Source: Planctomycetia bacterium (GTDB taxonomy: Bacteria > Planctomycetota > Planctomycetia > Pirellulales > UBA1268). From it: a stretch of DNA of 64,000 nucleotides. Below are positions 46,111-55,605 of the stretch, piece by piece; position 1 is the first letter of the stretch, and every line of letters begins with the position of its first letter. The notes under the pieces were generated by a model. It was not told the origin of the DNA, made no database searches, and saw only the letters and a program-made list of their open reading frames with translations. The stretch is from positions 15,762-79,761 of the forward strand of contig JBJTDB010000374.1 in assembly GCA_046092145.1 (NCBI GenBank). The letters are read 5' to 3'. Made by a program: the position numbers and the translations under genes.

Positions 46111-48030
46111 TCATCGGTCGAGGACCAGCTGCGTTGGAGACGCCGCGTCGGCGAGGGTCGGTTGGCCAGCCGGTGCGGCGGCATCCTTTTTCCGCCAGCC
46201 CACCGCCACCCAGCCGTCTTTGCGGGCCACGAGCTGCTCCATCGGGAGCGGCCCGGCGTGCTCGAGCTGGTTTGGAAGCTTCATCGGCTCGACGTCCACG
46301 ACCTCCTTGAAGACCTTGTTGAACCGCTTCTGCAGGATCCGCCGCAGCGAGGTCTCGGCGACCGAGAGCTTCTCACCGCCACCGGGGACGAAGCCTGGCG
46401 GGTAGATCTGCACGTCGCCATCGCGGACGAGGCGAATCTTTCCGTCGGCCGGCTCGATCCGGTAGGCGGCCCAGATATCCATGGGGGGGAATTCGCGGTC
46501 GCCGGAGGTGAACTTGCTGCCGCGCACCGTCATCTTCACGCGATCATCGTCTGCATCGAGCTGCACCGGAAGCCGCTTGGCGAACGTGATCGACCATGGC
46601 GGCTGATCGGGGTCGTTGCCGAGCGACTCCGGCAGTGTGCCGTTGTTTTTCTTGATCTGCTCTTCGACGAATTCCTGCGTGATCGTGCGACCACCGAGCG
46701 TGATCTCGGCCGCGTTGTTGACGAGCGTCTCATGCACCCGGGCTGCAAGGACGGCGTCGGGATCGACGGCCGGCGGCGGCGTGAAGGCCGCGATCTGGTC
46801 GGCGAGGGACTTGCGGGCCACGACCGAGAGACGCGTGTCGCTCGTGCTGATGGAGAGCGACTCCGGATACCATCCCCGCTCCATGAGCGGCCGGCGGAAT
46901 TTCGCCTGGTAGTCGGCGGAGGCCTTGGCGATCGGGCCGGCCGTCTGCTCTTCGAACTGGCTTCGCACCCGCTCCTGGGCCCGACGCTCCGAGATCGCCT
47001 CGGCCTTTGGCTTCACCTGGGCGATCTTCTTGCCGGCCATCTTTCGAATCAGATTCTTGGCAAACTTGCTCTTCACGCCGATGCCGGCCGTCTCGGTGCT
47101 GGTGGAGGCGGAGGCCGATGTCGGCAGCGAGGTCACCCGCTGGTCATCGACCACGATCCGCTTCCTCGCATCGACCTTCGTGACGCCTCGGGTGGAGACC
47201 GTCACCGGGCCCTTGCTGCTGCGGGTGTCGGAATGATTGGTGGCGTCGAGCGTGAGATCGATGATGGCCGACTTGAGCGATGGGACGAAGTCGAGGAGCA
47301 CGAGGCCTGTCGTATGGCCGCTCCCACGGACGCGGTTGCCGAGCACGACATCGTCGATCGGCGTGTGCTCGTCGACGACGCGATTGACGCCCGATCCCAG
47401 CAGCGACTCATCGACGTCGAGATAGAGGTTGGGCTTGGTGACCGCTTCGCGGACGCGGGCGACCGTCTGCGGTGCCTGGCCCGATGCCTCGAGCCTCGAC
47501 AGCAGCGGCCCCACCGTCTCGAGCGACTCGGTCGTGCCGGCCGCGACACCACCGGCGACGGCGGCGGAGAGTTTTTCCAGACGCTGGGCGTAGGTGGCGG
47601 CGGCGTCGGCGCTCTTCGCCGCTTCGGCGGCGTCGGCATAGGCCGCCACGGCCCGTCGAACGGCGGCGAACTGCGGCATTTCAAGGCCGTTCTCCTCGGC
47701 GTCGAGCCGCTTGAAGAGCCGTCGCAACTCGGCAGGATCGGCGTTGGCTCCCGTCGCAGCCTGCTTGGTAAGCGACGCCCAGTCGAGATACTTCTTCCAG
47801 TCGGGTCCGCTCTTGCTTCGGGCCAGGAGGCTGTCGAGCCGGCCGAGGGCGGTTCGAAGACGGGAGGCGGCTGCATCGAGCGACGCACCCGAGACGGGTC
47901 GGAATGCCTCGCCTTCACCGAGCGGCTTGGCCGTCAGCCCGGCGAGATCGGGGGCCTGACCACCGACTTCGAGCCCCGCACAGGCGATCACCGCCAACCC
48001 GACGCACGCTGCAAAAAACCGACCGTTCAT
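46111..48030 (-). CDS. large secreted hypothetical protein (639 aa)
   Basis: Signal-like N-terminus MNGRFFAACVGLAVIACAGL, then an alpha-helical A/E/R-rich first third and a mixed beta-rich remainder. Consistent coding bias. No motif recognised. Confidence 0.65.
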   Translation of the reverse strand: MNGRFFAACVGLAVIACAGLEVGGQAPDLAGLTAKPLGEGEAFRPVSGASLDAAASRLRTALGRLDSLLARSKSGPDWKKYLDWASLTKQAATGANADPAELRRLFKRLDAEENGLEMPQFAAVRRAVAAYADAAEAAKSADAAATYAQRLEKLSAAVAGGVAAGTTESLETVGPLLSRLEASGQAPQTVARVREAVTKPNLYLDVDESLLGSGVNRVVDEHTPIDDVVLGNRVRGSGHTTGLVLLDFVPSLKSAIIDLTLDATNHSDTRSSKGPVTVSTRGVTKVDARKRIVVDDQRVTSLPTSASASTSTETAGIGVKSKFAKNLIRKMAGKKIAQVKPKAEAISERRAQERVRSQFEEQTAGPIAKASADYQAKFRRPLMERGWYPESLSISTSDTRLSVVARKSLADQIAAFTPPPAVDPDAVLAARVHETLVNNAAEITLGGRTITQEFVEEQIKKNNGTLPESLGNDPDQPPWSITFAKRLPVQLDADDDRVKMTVRGSKFTSGDREFPPMDIWAAYRIEPADGKIRLVRDGDVQIYPPGFVPGGGEKLSVAETSLRRILQKRFNKVFKEVVDVEPMKLPNQLEHAGPLPMEQLVARKDGWVAVGWRKKDAAAPAGQPTLADAASPTQLVLDR

Positions 48031-48270
48031 GGAAACCGCCTGTCTGAAAAACGGGTGGGAATCTGGTAAAGCGAACGGGAGTGTAGCGATTGTGACGATT
48101 TTTCCCATGCCAAACCTGGCATGGCTCTTTCCCCCCTCGCTGATCACGAATTTCTCGATTTTTCGCGGCAAGTCGCAACATCCTGCCACCGTTCGACTTG
48201 AGCGGCGTGCTGCTCGGCGCAAGTCCAGCAAAGTCGACGTGACGCACACACCCTTCCTGACCCCTCCTGC

Positions 48271-48299
48271 TTGCCAATCGCCTGTGGCTGCTCTTCAAT
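48271..48299 (+). promoter_or_regulatory. possible sigma70-like promoter for the CAP-domain gene
   Basis: TTGCCA-N17-TTCAAT about 42 nt upstream of ATG 48341. This is a match to consensus only. Confidence 0.25.
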
Positions 48300-48340
48300 C
48301 GCGGACCCTCCAGACCTGAAACCAAGGAAAGGGTTTTGTC

Positions 48341-49213
48341 ATGAAGATCATGAGCACCACGCTCGCCGTTGCCGTCATTGCCGCATGGGTCGCGCCGGCG
48401 ACCGCCGCCACGCCGGATCGCACGGCCACCGTAAACACCGTCGCGATCCAAAGGCTCGACGACTACGCGGCCGCCGGGGAGGCCGCCAAGCAGGCCGGAG
48501 CGATGCTGCTGGTGTCGGTGGAACCGGGCTCGGGCGGAGAAGCCGATCCGGCAGGCCAGCGGCTCGCGCGGGCCGACGTGCAGGAGCGATTCGCGCGGAG
48601 CGGCACGCCCTGGGTGTTCTGCCGGCTTGGCATGGACACGGCGGCGAAGCTCGTGGCCGACCCGGCTCTGGTCGAGATGCGGCGCGGTCCGGGCATCTTC
48701 GTCGTCGATCACACCGACGTGCCGCTTTCCGGTCGGATCGTATCGATCCTGCCACGCACCGGCGGGAAGTATTACCAGTTCAGCCCCTCGCACATCGACG
48801 AACTGGCGACACTTCCCCCGGGCACGCTGACACAGCGATCGATGATCTTCGCCGTGAGGATCCACCCGGAGCATCCGCAGAGCACGACGGGCACATGCGA
48901 GCCGATGCTCTGCGAGGAAGCCGCGTCACACTCGGCGCATCAGGCCCGCATCCGGGTGCAGGGGCACCATGATTGGGGCACCCGGTCACAACGGATCGTG
49001 GGCGCCATCGGCGGGGCGGGCTCGGCATCGGAAGTCTGCGCCGAGAGCTGGGAAAACCAGGATCTTCTCGACTCGTGCGTCGACTGCGTCGCGAGCTGGC
49101 GGCAGTCACCGGGCCATTGGCGCGGCGTGAGCAGCCCGCAGTCCGCGTATGGCTACGACATCCGCCGCGGCTCCAACGGCATCTGGTACGCCACCGGGAT
49201 ATTCCTCCGCTGA
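48341..49213 (+). CDS. secreted protein with C-terminal CAP/SCP (YkwD-like) domain
   Basis: Signal peptide MKIMSTTLAVAVIAAWVAPATA. C-terminal CAP pattern AESWENQDLL...ASWRQSPGHWRGV...YGYDI...GIWYATGIF. Confidence 0.75.
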   Translation: MKIMSTTLAVAVIAAWVAPATAATPDRTATVNTVAIQRLDDYAAAGEAAKQAGAMLLVSVEPGSGGEADPAGQRLARADVQERFARSGTPWVFCRLGMDTAAKLVADPALVEMRRGPGIFVVDHTDVPLSGRIVSILPRTGGKYYQFSPSHIDELATLPPGTLTQRSMIFAVRIHPEHPQSTTGTCEPMLCEEAASHSAHQARIRVQGHHDWGTRSQRIVGAIGGAGSASEVCAESWENQDLLDSCVDCVASWRQSPGHWRGVSSPQSAYGYDIRRGSNGIWYATGIFLR

Positions 49214-49219
49214 CGCTCC

Positions 49220-49543
49220 TCACCCGGGCCGTGGCTCGGGCAACGTCGGCGCCGAGGCGGGGAGGACGAAGATCTTGCCGTCGCCGATGCGGCCGGTGCG
49301 GGCCACGGCCGTGATCCGTTCGACGACCTCCTCGACACGAGGATCGTCCACCCACAACTGGATCTCGACCTTGGGGAGGAAGGCGAGCGAATACTCGCTG
49401 TCGCCATATTGATCGAGGTAGCTCTTCTGGCGGCCGTAGCCTTTCACTTCCCGGACGGCACATGCCTCAAGCGGCGCGAATTTCAGCGCCTCGAGCACCC
49501 GCTCAGCCAGGAACGGCTTCACGATGGCGATGACTTCCTTCAA
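49220..49543 (-). CDS. P-II (GlnB/GlnK-like) signal transduction protein
   Basis: Alignable by eye to GlnB: KEVIAIVKPF..., T-loop EVKGYGRQKSYLDQYGDSEY, FLPKVEIQLWV, TGRIGDGKIFV. The TTG start at 49543 forms a TTGA overlap with the ferredoxin stop. Confidence 0.8.
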   Translation of the reverse strand: MKEVIAIVKPFLAERVLEALKFAPLEACAVREVKGYGRQKSYLDQYGDSEYSLAFLPKVEIQLWVDDPRVEEVVERITAVARTGRIGDGKIFVLPASAPTLPEPRPG

Positions 49544-49887
49544 CTGAAGAAATTTTCCCCGTAGAGGTTCATCGCCGGGCAGGTCGTCACGGTGATGTCG
49601 CCGTTGACCCGCGTCTGGCAGGCGAGACGCATGGTCGATTCGTTGCCGATGTAGGCCAGAGAGACGGCGAGCCGCCCCGACTCGAGCAGCCCCTTGGGGC
49701 TCGTGTTCTCCATGCCCTTGGTGACGAGCACGCGGCAACTGCCGCAGCTGCCGAAGCCGTGGCAGTTGGCCACCTTGTGGATCCCGGGATAGAGGCTCAC
49801 GCCGGCCCGAAGTGCCTCCTTCCGGAGATTCGCCCCCTCCGGAACTTGAATTTCCTTTTTTTCGTTGGTGAACGTGATGGTAGGCAT
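49540..49887 (-). CDS. [2Fe-2S] ferredoxin-like protein
   Basis: 115 aa with Cys pattern C-x5-C-x2-C-x38-C (NCHGFGSCGSCRV...MRLACQT) in a beta-grasp-like context (ITFTNEKKEIQVPEGANL). Confidence 0.75.
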   Translation of the reverse strand: MPTITFTNEKKEIQVPEGANLRKEALRAGVSLYPGIHKVANCHGFGSCGSCRVLVTKGMENTSPKGLLESGRLAVSLAYIGNESTMRLACQTRVNGDITVTTCPAMNLYGENFFS

Positions 49888-49987
49888 CGGAAATCTCTCG
49901 ATGGGGGGCGGGCGGCTGCCGATAGTATGTCGCAGCGGCAATACTGTAGCCGGCTCCCCACCCTCCTTCCACTGGCGTGATGACCCG

Positions 49988-50248
49988 ATGGCGGAACTGA
50001 CCAAATACCAGCGGACGATCGTCAAAAACTACTACGACAACCTCGACACCGCCCTGGTGCAGCGGCTCGGGGAGCAGGTGACCGATCTCTACCTGGCCGA
50101 GGGCAAAAAACGGGCGAAGCTCTGGGAAAGCGTCGCCACGTCGCTCGCCAAGGTGGGGGTGCCCCAGAAGCGGATCGACCACATCGTGGCCACCGACGAC
50201 GCCCGGCAACTGGCCACCCTCCTGCAGGAACTGTGGGCCAAGGATTGA
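49988..50248 (+). CDS. small hypothetical protein (86 aa)
   Basis: MAELTKYQRTIVKNYYDNLD... has helical, K/E/L-rich composition and is GC3-biased. It is divergent from the ferredoxin gene. Confidence 0.55.
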   Translation: MAELTKYQRTIVKNYYDNLDTALVQRLGEQVTDLYLAEGKKRAKLWESVATSLAKVGVPQKRIDHIVATDDARQLATLLQELWAKD

Positions 50249-50300
50249 CCCTCGCGGCTCCGCGCTCCATTCTGTGAGGCCCGCCACGCGTCGGAGCCCC

Positions 50301-51227
50301 ATGATGAATCAAAGCGCCGCCCCCGCCACTGCCGTCTCACAGGACCGCACGGCCACCGTCGAGGCCCTCCGCTGGAGGAAGTTCCCCGTGCTCGACGACG
50401 GGTTCGTCGCGCTCGTCGACGTGATGGGTGACGACGGCTCCGTCGTGCAGGCCGCACGCGTGAGCTATGGCGAAGGCACCCGCAAGGTGAGCGACGACCG
50501 GCAGCTGATTCGGTACCTCATGCGGCATGCCCACACGACGCCGTTCGAAATGGCGGAGCTGAAGTTCGTCGTCCGCGTGCCGATGGATTGCTGGCGTCAG
50601 TGGATCCGTCATCGCACGGCGAGCGTCAACGAGTATTCGACCCGTTACTCGCTGGCGATCGACTCGATGCAGACCACGGCCGATGGCGAGTGGCGGTCGC
50701 AGGCGACGAACAACCGCCAGGGGTCCGCGGGGCTCGTCGCCGAAGCCGAGGGCCACCGGCTCACGCAGTCCGAAGCGGAGCTGCAGGGCATGGCCCGACG
50801 GGTCTACGAGGAACGGCTGGGCGCCGGCATCGCCCGCGAGCAGGCCCGAAAGGATCTGCCGCTGTCCACCTACACCGAGGCCTACTGGAAGATCGATCTC
50901 CACAACCTCTTCCACTTCCTGGCGCTGCGAATGGATTCCCACGCGCAGCTCGAGATTCGCCGGTATGCCGAGGCGATCGGCCACGAGATCGTGGCGAAGC
51001 TCTTCCCGCTCTGCTGGGAGGCGTTCCTCGACTATCGCGTCGAGGCGATGCGGCTGACGCGGCTCGATCAGGGGGTGATCCGCCGGCTCGCCGAGCATGG
51101 CCGGGCGTTGCCGGCTTCCCCGGACGACTTTCTCGCGGCGCAGGATCCATCCTGGGCCGGCCTCGAGCGGTCGCGCGAGCGGGATGAGTGCCTCGCGAAG
51201 CTCACGGCCCTCGGCATCGTCAGGTAG
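50301..51227 (+). CDS. thyX: FAD-dependent thymidylate synthase
   Basis: ThyX signature RHRTASVNEYSTRY (RHRxxSxxxxSxR) with HTTPFE and a second-half repeat. ATG 50301 is chosen over the upstream GTG 50274. Confidence 0.9.
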   Translation: MMNQSAAPATAVSQDRTATVEALRWRKFPVLDDGFVALVDVMGDDGSVVQAARVSYGEGTRKVSDDRQLIRYLMRHAHTTPFEMAELKFVVRVPMDCWRQWIRHRTASVNEYSTRYSLAIDSMQTTADGEWRSQATNNRQGSAGLVAEAEGHRLTQSEAELQGMARRVYEERLGAGIAREQARKDLPLSTYTEAYWKIDLHNLFHFLALRMDSHAQLEIRRYAEAIGHEIVAKLFPLCWEAFLDYRVEAMRLTRLDQGVIRRLAEHGRALPASPDDFLAAQDPSWAGLERSRERDECLAKLTALGIVR

Positions 51228-51265
51228 TCCGTCCGTACGTTTCTGTCCGATTCCTGGAGCACCGC

Positions 51266-51661
51266 ATGGATCCCGTCGTCACCGAACTGCTCGCCCTCAA
51301 TCAGCAACTCCTCGATGCCATCGCCACCGGCGATTGGAACGCCTACCGCAACCTCGTCGCGTCCGACATCACCTGCTTCGAGCCGGAAGCCAGCGGCCAC
51401 CTCGTGCATGGGCTGCCCTTTCACGAGTTTTATTTCAGGCTTTCCGACGGCTCGAAGCCGAAGCATCTCACGACCACGATGGCCTCGCCCCACGTGCGGA
51501 TGCTTTCCGACTCGGCTGCCCTCGTGGCCTACGTGCGACTCGTGCAGAAACTCGACGCATCGGGCGCACCAGTCACGGTGCAGTCGGAAGAGACCCGCCT
51601 GTGGCAGAAGATCGGCGGCCGCTGGCAGCACGTTCATTTCCACAGAAGCCTGCCGGGATAG
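51266..51661 (+). CDS. NTF2-fold protein (DUF4440/CaMKII-association-domain-like)
   Basis: 131 aa with the pattern LLALNQQLLDAIATGDWNAYRNLVASDITCFEPEA...ETRLWQKIGGRWQHVHFHRS. Confidence 0.7.
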   Translation: MDPVVTELLALNQQLLDAIATGDWNAYRNLVASDITCFEPEASGHLVHGLPFHEFYFRLSDGSKPKHLTTTMASPHVRMLSDSAALVAYVRLVQKLDASGAPVTVQSEETRLWQKIGGRWQHVHFHRSLPG

Positions 51662-52910
51662 AATTTTCCTCGCGGTGGACGACCTCGACCTCGTCGCCCG
51701 CGTCGCGGCGTCCGCCGGCGGCTGGCATCGCGATCATGCCGTTGGCCCCGGCCAGGCCGAGCAGGTCGGATGAGCCGGTCCACGGCAGAGGCGTGGCATC
51801 GAAGCCCTCGGCCGAACGTGCCAATCGGCAGGGAAGGTAGACCGGCCGATCGGCCGCGGCCTTCGCCGGCGCGGTGAGCCGTGCGGTTCCGCGGGGCAGA
51901 TGCCATCGGCTCCTCGGTTCGCCGGCGAGGATCCTGATCGCCGGTCGGGCGAAGAGATCGAAGCAGACGAGACTGCTGGCGGGATTCCCGGGCAGGCCGA
52001 AGACGAGCGTGTCGGCGGCATGGTCGCGCCGCAGGATGCCGAAGTAGACGGGCTTGCCCGGCTTGAGCCGCACCTTGTGGAAGATCGTTTCGACGCCGCA
52101 GCGGCCGAGGATCTCCGGCACGAGATCGAGATCACCGGCCGAAACTCCCCCCGAGATCACGAGCATGTCGGCCGCGAGGCCTTGGGCCACCGCCGCTCGG
52201 ATCGCCTCCGGCCGATCGGCTGCGATGCCAAGCGTGATCGGCTCGCCGCCGAGCGCGGCGACGGCCGCATGCAGCATCGGGCCGTTGGAGTTGCGGGTCT
52301 GCCCGAAGGCCGGCACGGCATCGTGCGGCACCAGTTCGCTTCCGGTCTGGAGGATCGCCACTCGCACCTGCGGCGACGCGACCACGTGCGTGGCCCCGGC
52401 CTCCGCCGCGAGCCCCGTTTCGGCCGGCCCGAGCGTCATCCCGGCCTGAAGCACCTCCTGTCCCGCGCGAAAGGCCGCGGCCCGTCGGGCGATGTGCTGA
52501 CCGGGACGGAATGCCTCGTCGCGGAGCCGGACGTTCATTCCCGCATGCATGCCGCGGGTGTCATCGACGGCCCGTTCGATCGGGATGATCGCGTCGGCGC
52601 CCTTCGGGATCGGCGCCCCGGTCATGATCCGCGCGCAGGTTCCCGGCCTGATCTCGAGGCCCGTCACGTCTCCCGCCGCGAGATCGACGGCCACCTCTAG
52701 TTCGACGATTCCTCTGCCGGCGGCGGCGACGTCGTCTCCGCGGACGGCGAAGCCGTCCATCATCGCCCGATCCCATGGTGGCGAATCGAAGTCAGACACG
52801 ACCGACGCCGCAAGTGGCCGACCACAGGCATCCAGCAGCCGCATCCGTCGAGGCGGGAGCGGTGCCGCCGTCCGCTCGATCAGGGCGATGGCTTCTGCGA
52901 GATCGATCAT
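51573..52910 (-). CDS. moeA: molybdopterin molybdenumtransferase
   Basis: MoeA motifs SPPWDRAMMDGFAV, ARIMTGAPIP, ILQTGSEL, VISGGVSAGDLD, KVRLKPGKP and GLPGNPAS. ATGA overlap with the upstream amidotransferase gene. The 3' tail overlaps the NTF2 gene by 89 nt. Confidence 0.9.
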   Translation of the reverse strand: MIDLAEAIALIERTAAPLPPRRMRLLDACGRPLAASVVSDFDSPPWDRAMMDGFAVRGDDVAAAGRGIVELEVAVDLAAGDVTGLEIRPGTCARIMTGAPIPKGADAIIPIERAVDDTRGMHAGMNVRLRDEAFRPGQHIARRAAAFRAGQEVLQAGMTLGPAETGLAAEAGATHVVASPQVRVAILQTGSELVPHDAVPAFGQTRNSNGPMLHAAVAALGGEPITLGIAADRPEAIRAAVAQGLAADMLVISGGVSAGDLDLVPEILGRCGVETIFHKVRLKPGKPVYFGILRRDHAADTLVFGLPGNPASSLVCFDLFARPAIRILAGEPRSRWHLPRGTARLTAPAKAAADRPVYLPCRLARSAEGFDATPLPWTGSSDLLGLAGANGMIAMPAAGGRRDAGDEVEVVHREENSIPAGFCGNERAASGRRSSATGGSLPTAP

Positions 52911-53494
52911 GCGCCCACGTGGAGGAACGCCCTCAGAAGGTCGTAGCCCGCCGGGGTCAGGAAGCTCTCGGGATGGAATTGGAGGCCGTAGACGGGGAGG
53001 GTCGTGTGGCGGATCGCCATGATCTCCCGGCTGCCGTCGGGCGCCGTGGACCAGGCATCGACCTCGAAGTCCTTGGGCAGCGTGGGCGGGTCGATGACGA
53101 GGCTGTGGTATCGCGTCGCCTCGATCGGGCTGGGCAGGCCGGTGAAGAGGCCTCTGCCGGCGTGTTCGATCCTGTCCACCTTGCCATGCATGAGACGCAT
53201 CGCCCGAACGATCTTCCCGCCGAAGACCTGTCCGATCGACTGGTGACCGAGGCAGACGCCGAGGATCGGCATCCGCCCGGCGAACCGCCGGACGACGTCG
53301 CACGAGATGCCGGCCTCGTCGGGCGTGCATGGGCCGGGGGAGATCACCAGGTGGCTCGGGGCCTTCCGCGCGATCTCGTCGTCTGTGATCCGGTCGTTGC
53401 GATGCACCTCCAGCGGCCTGCCGGGCGCGATCTCGCCGAGCCGCTGCACGAGGTTCCAGGTGAAGGAATCGTAGTTGTCGATGAGGAGGATCAT
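52907..53494 (-). CDS. anthranilate/aminodeoxychorismate synthase glutamine amidotransferase component (TrpG/PabA)
   Basis: MILLIDNYDSFTWNLVQ, GVCLGHQSIG and QFHPES are class I GATase motifs. Confidence 0.9.
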   Translation of the reverse strand: MILLIDNYDSFTWNLVQRLGEIAPGRPLEVHRNDRITDDEIARKAPSHLVISPGPCTPDEAGISCDVVRRFAGRMPILGVCLGHQSIGQVFGGKIVRAMRLMHGKVDRIEHAGRGLFTGLPSPIEATRYHSLVIDPPTLPKDFEVDAWSTAPDGSREIMAIRHTTLPVYGLQFHPESFLTPAGYDLLRAFLHVGA

Positions 53495-53513
53495 GGCCGC
53501 TGCTCAGGAGTCT

Positions 53514-54350
53514 TTACTGTAGCAGCACTTTCGGCATCGGACTCACCGGCCCCTCCAGCCGCCGCGCGAGAATGCGGAGGTAGGGGGGCAGAAACGCGGC
53601 GCGGTGGGCGAAGGAGCCGGCAGCGGCCTGGGGCGACGTGTGCTCGGGTTCGGCGACATCCTCGATCACGAACCCTGCGGTGCAGATGCCGCCGAGGAGG
53701 TCCGAGAGCGAGTGGATGAATTCATGGGTGCCCGCCTCCCGCAGCCGCGATGGCGGCTCGGGCGGAAGTGGTGCGCCGGTTCCCTGCGGATGCGCCAGTT
53801 CGTACCGGCCGGCGACTCCCGGGACGAGCGTGGCCTGCAGGCTGGCGGGCGACTTGTGCTGGCTGACATAGCGGCCGCCGGGCTTCGTGACCCGCGCCAC
53901 CTCGTGGAACACCCGGCCCACGTCGGGCACATAGCAGCTGCTCACCGGATGGATGACAAGGTCGAACCGTCCGACGCCGAGCATCGAGAGGTCGTCCATC
54001 GATCCGTGCACGATCTCGAGGTCGATCCTCCGCTCGCGGGCGACCTGGCGATCGAGTTCGAGCATTGCCGAGGAGATGTCGAGCACGGTCACCCGGGCCC
54101 CGGCCGCCGCATAGAGCGGCCCGTGCTTGCCGCCGCCAGCCGCGAGGCACAGGACATGGAGTCCGTCGAGTCGATCCGGCAGCCATGCCCGACCGGCCGT
54201 GCCGCCGCCGCCCAACCAGCCCCGTGGATCGGTGAAGGCACCATCGGCGGCCGGCCGCGCCAGGGGCACGCGATCCGCCGCCAGCCGGTCCCACGCCCGA
54301 GCGTTGTGCTCGAGCGAGGACCGACGACGGTGATCGTGCGACGGATCCAT
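53514..54350 (-). CDS. class I SAM-dependent methyltransferase
   Basis: Motif I VLCLAAGGGKHG, with an acidic residue after beta-2 (VTVLDIS), and post-I/II motifs (LVIHPVS, KPGGRYV). Confidence 0.8.
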   Translation of the reverse strand: MDPSHDHRRRSSLEHNARAWDRLAADRVPLARPAADGAFTDPRGWLGGGGTAGRAWLPDRLDGLHVLCLAAGGGKHGPLYAAAGARVTVLDISSAMLELDRQVARERRIDLEIVHGSMDDLSMLGVGRFDLVIHPVSSCYVPDVGRVFHEVARVTKPGGRYVSQHKSPASLQATLVPGVAGRYELAHPQGTGAPLPPEPPSRLREAGTHEFIHSLSDLLGGICTAGFVIEDVAEPEHTSPQAAAGSFAHRAAFLPPYLRILARRLEGPVSPMPKVLLQ

Positions 54351-54351
54351 G

Positions 54352-54657
54352 TCACGTGGCCGGCTTCAGCATGCCCTTTTGGCGCATCACATCGAGCGGG
54401 GGCCCGGGCCTCCATCGTTTTCGCCGGGCGTCATAGACCGCCGGCACGAGCGTCGGCTCACCGGTCTTCGGATTGTCGAGCACGTCGCCCGCAAGCGGCA
54501 GCGTGAACACTTCCCCGCTTTTGCGGCACACATAACGGATCTCGGGGATCGAACCGGCCGACACCTCGGGTGGACGGGGCGGGAACACGAACGGCGAGAT
54601 CAGCCAGCCCGTCACCATGAACAGAGCGACGGCCATCCATACGCGAACATCTTTCAT
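54352..54657 (-). CDS. small membrane-anchored hypothetical protein
   Basis: 101 aa with an N-terminal TM segment WMAVALFMVTGWLISPFVF. It sits between the DUF1559 and methyltransferase genes, with gaps of 27 nt and 1 nt. Confidence 0.55.
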   Translation of the reverse strand: MKDVRVWMAVALFMVTGWLISPFVFPPRPPEVSAGSIPEIRYVCRKSGEVFTLPLAGDVLDNPKTGEPTLVPAVYDARRKRWRPGPPLDVMRQKGMLKPAT

Positions 54658-54684
54658 GCATCGGTCTCCTGGGGCGCCCCTGTG

Positions 54685-55605
54685 TCATTCCAAGTCATAC
54701 AGGGCGTCTGCCTGAACGGCATCGTCCGGGTCGCCGTCGCACACGATCCCGATCCGGTGAAACTCCATCTGAGGCAACTGCTCCGGGCCGGTGTAGGGCC
54801 CGGCCCGAAACTTCCTGGGATAGCTCTCGACATGGCCATCCACGAATACGACGTTCGCACGAACACCCGCGTGCCGAAAATGGATTGCCGGATCCGAGTC
54901 GCTTGGCTTCAGAAGGCCGCCGAGATTCTCCCGGAGGGTGAATGGCGGGGCATAGTAGACGATGGCACTCTCCGCGAATGCGATCGTTCGCTTCGTCTCC
55001 CGAACCTTGGACACCGTATTCCGCTCACATCGGCTCCGGAGCGACGGCTCGTATGTCGGCGGCAGCCAGTCCCAGCAGGTTCCGGGGCCAAGGGCCACGT
55101 TGTAGTCGAAGCCGGTCGACATCTTTCCATACCGCAGTTCGGAGACGGCCGTCGGGCCGAAGTTCGGACACTGGTAGGCCTGCACGTTTCCTTCCATGAA
55201 GGGCGTCATCGACCCTTTCTCGAAATTCAGACGATCCGTCAGGCTCGGTTGATTTTCATTGACCTCACCAAACCAATAGATGCTCTTGCCCGGATAGGGG
55301 TTCGCCCACGGGTTGGCAAGCGTCCCGGCAATCCGGGCCTCGTCATCGACCTTCCATGGCGGGAAGAAGGAGTTGTTCGCGGTCACGTAGCCGTGCAGGG
55401 CGATCCCCAGCTGCCGCAGGTTGCTTGCGCAACTGGTTCGGCGCGATGCTTCCCGCGCCGACTGCACCCCCGGCAGCAGAAGCCCCACGAGCACTCCGAT
55501 CGTCGAAATCACGACGAGCAATTCCACGAGCGAAAATCCTGCCGGCCTTCGGGCCTGCGCAGCGGCGGGGCCACGGCCCGCCATGCATGCGATGCGCGCG
55601 TTCAT
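54685..55605 (-). CDS. DUF1559 protein with prepilin-type N-terminal cleavage/methylation segment
   Basis: [45 protein letters not shown] is the canonical Planctomycetota DUF1559 N-terminus. GGGAGG lies 5 nt before ATG 55605. Confidence 0.9.
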   Translation of the reverse strand: MNARIACMAGRGPAAAQARRPAGFSLVELLVVISTIGVLVGLLLPGVQSAREASRRTSCASNLRQLGIALHGYVTANNSFFPPWKVDDEARIAGTLANPWANPYPGKSIYWFGEVNENQPSLTDRLNFEKGSMTPFMEGNVQAYQCPNFGPTAVSELRYGKMSTGFDYNVALGPGTCWDWLPPTYEPSLRSRCERNTVSKVRETKRTIAFAESAIVYYAPPFTLRENLGGLLKPSDSDPAIHFRHAGVRANVVFVDGHVESYPRKFRAGPYTGPEQLPQMEFHRIGIVCDGDPDDAVQADALYDLE

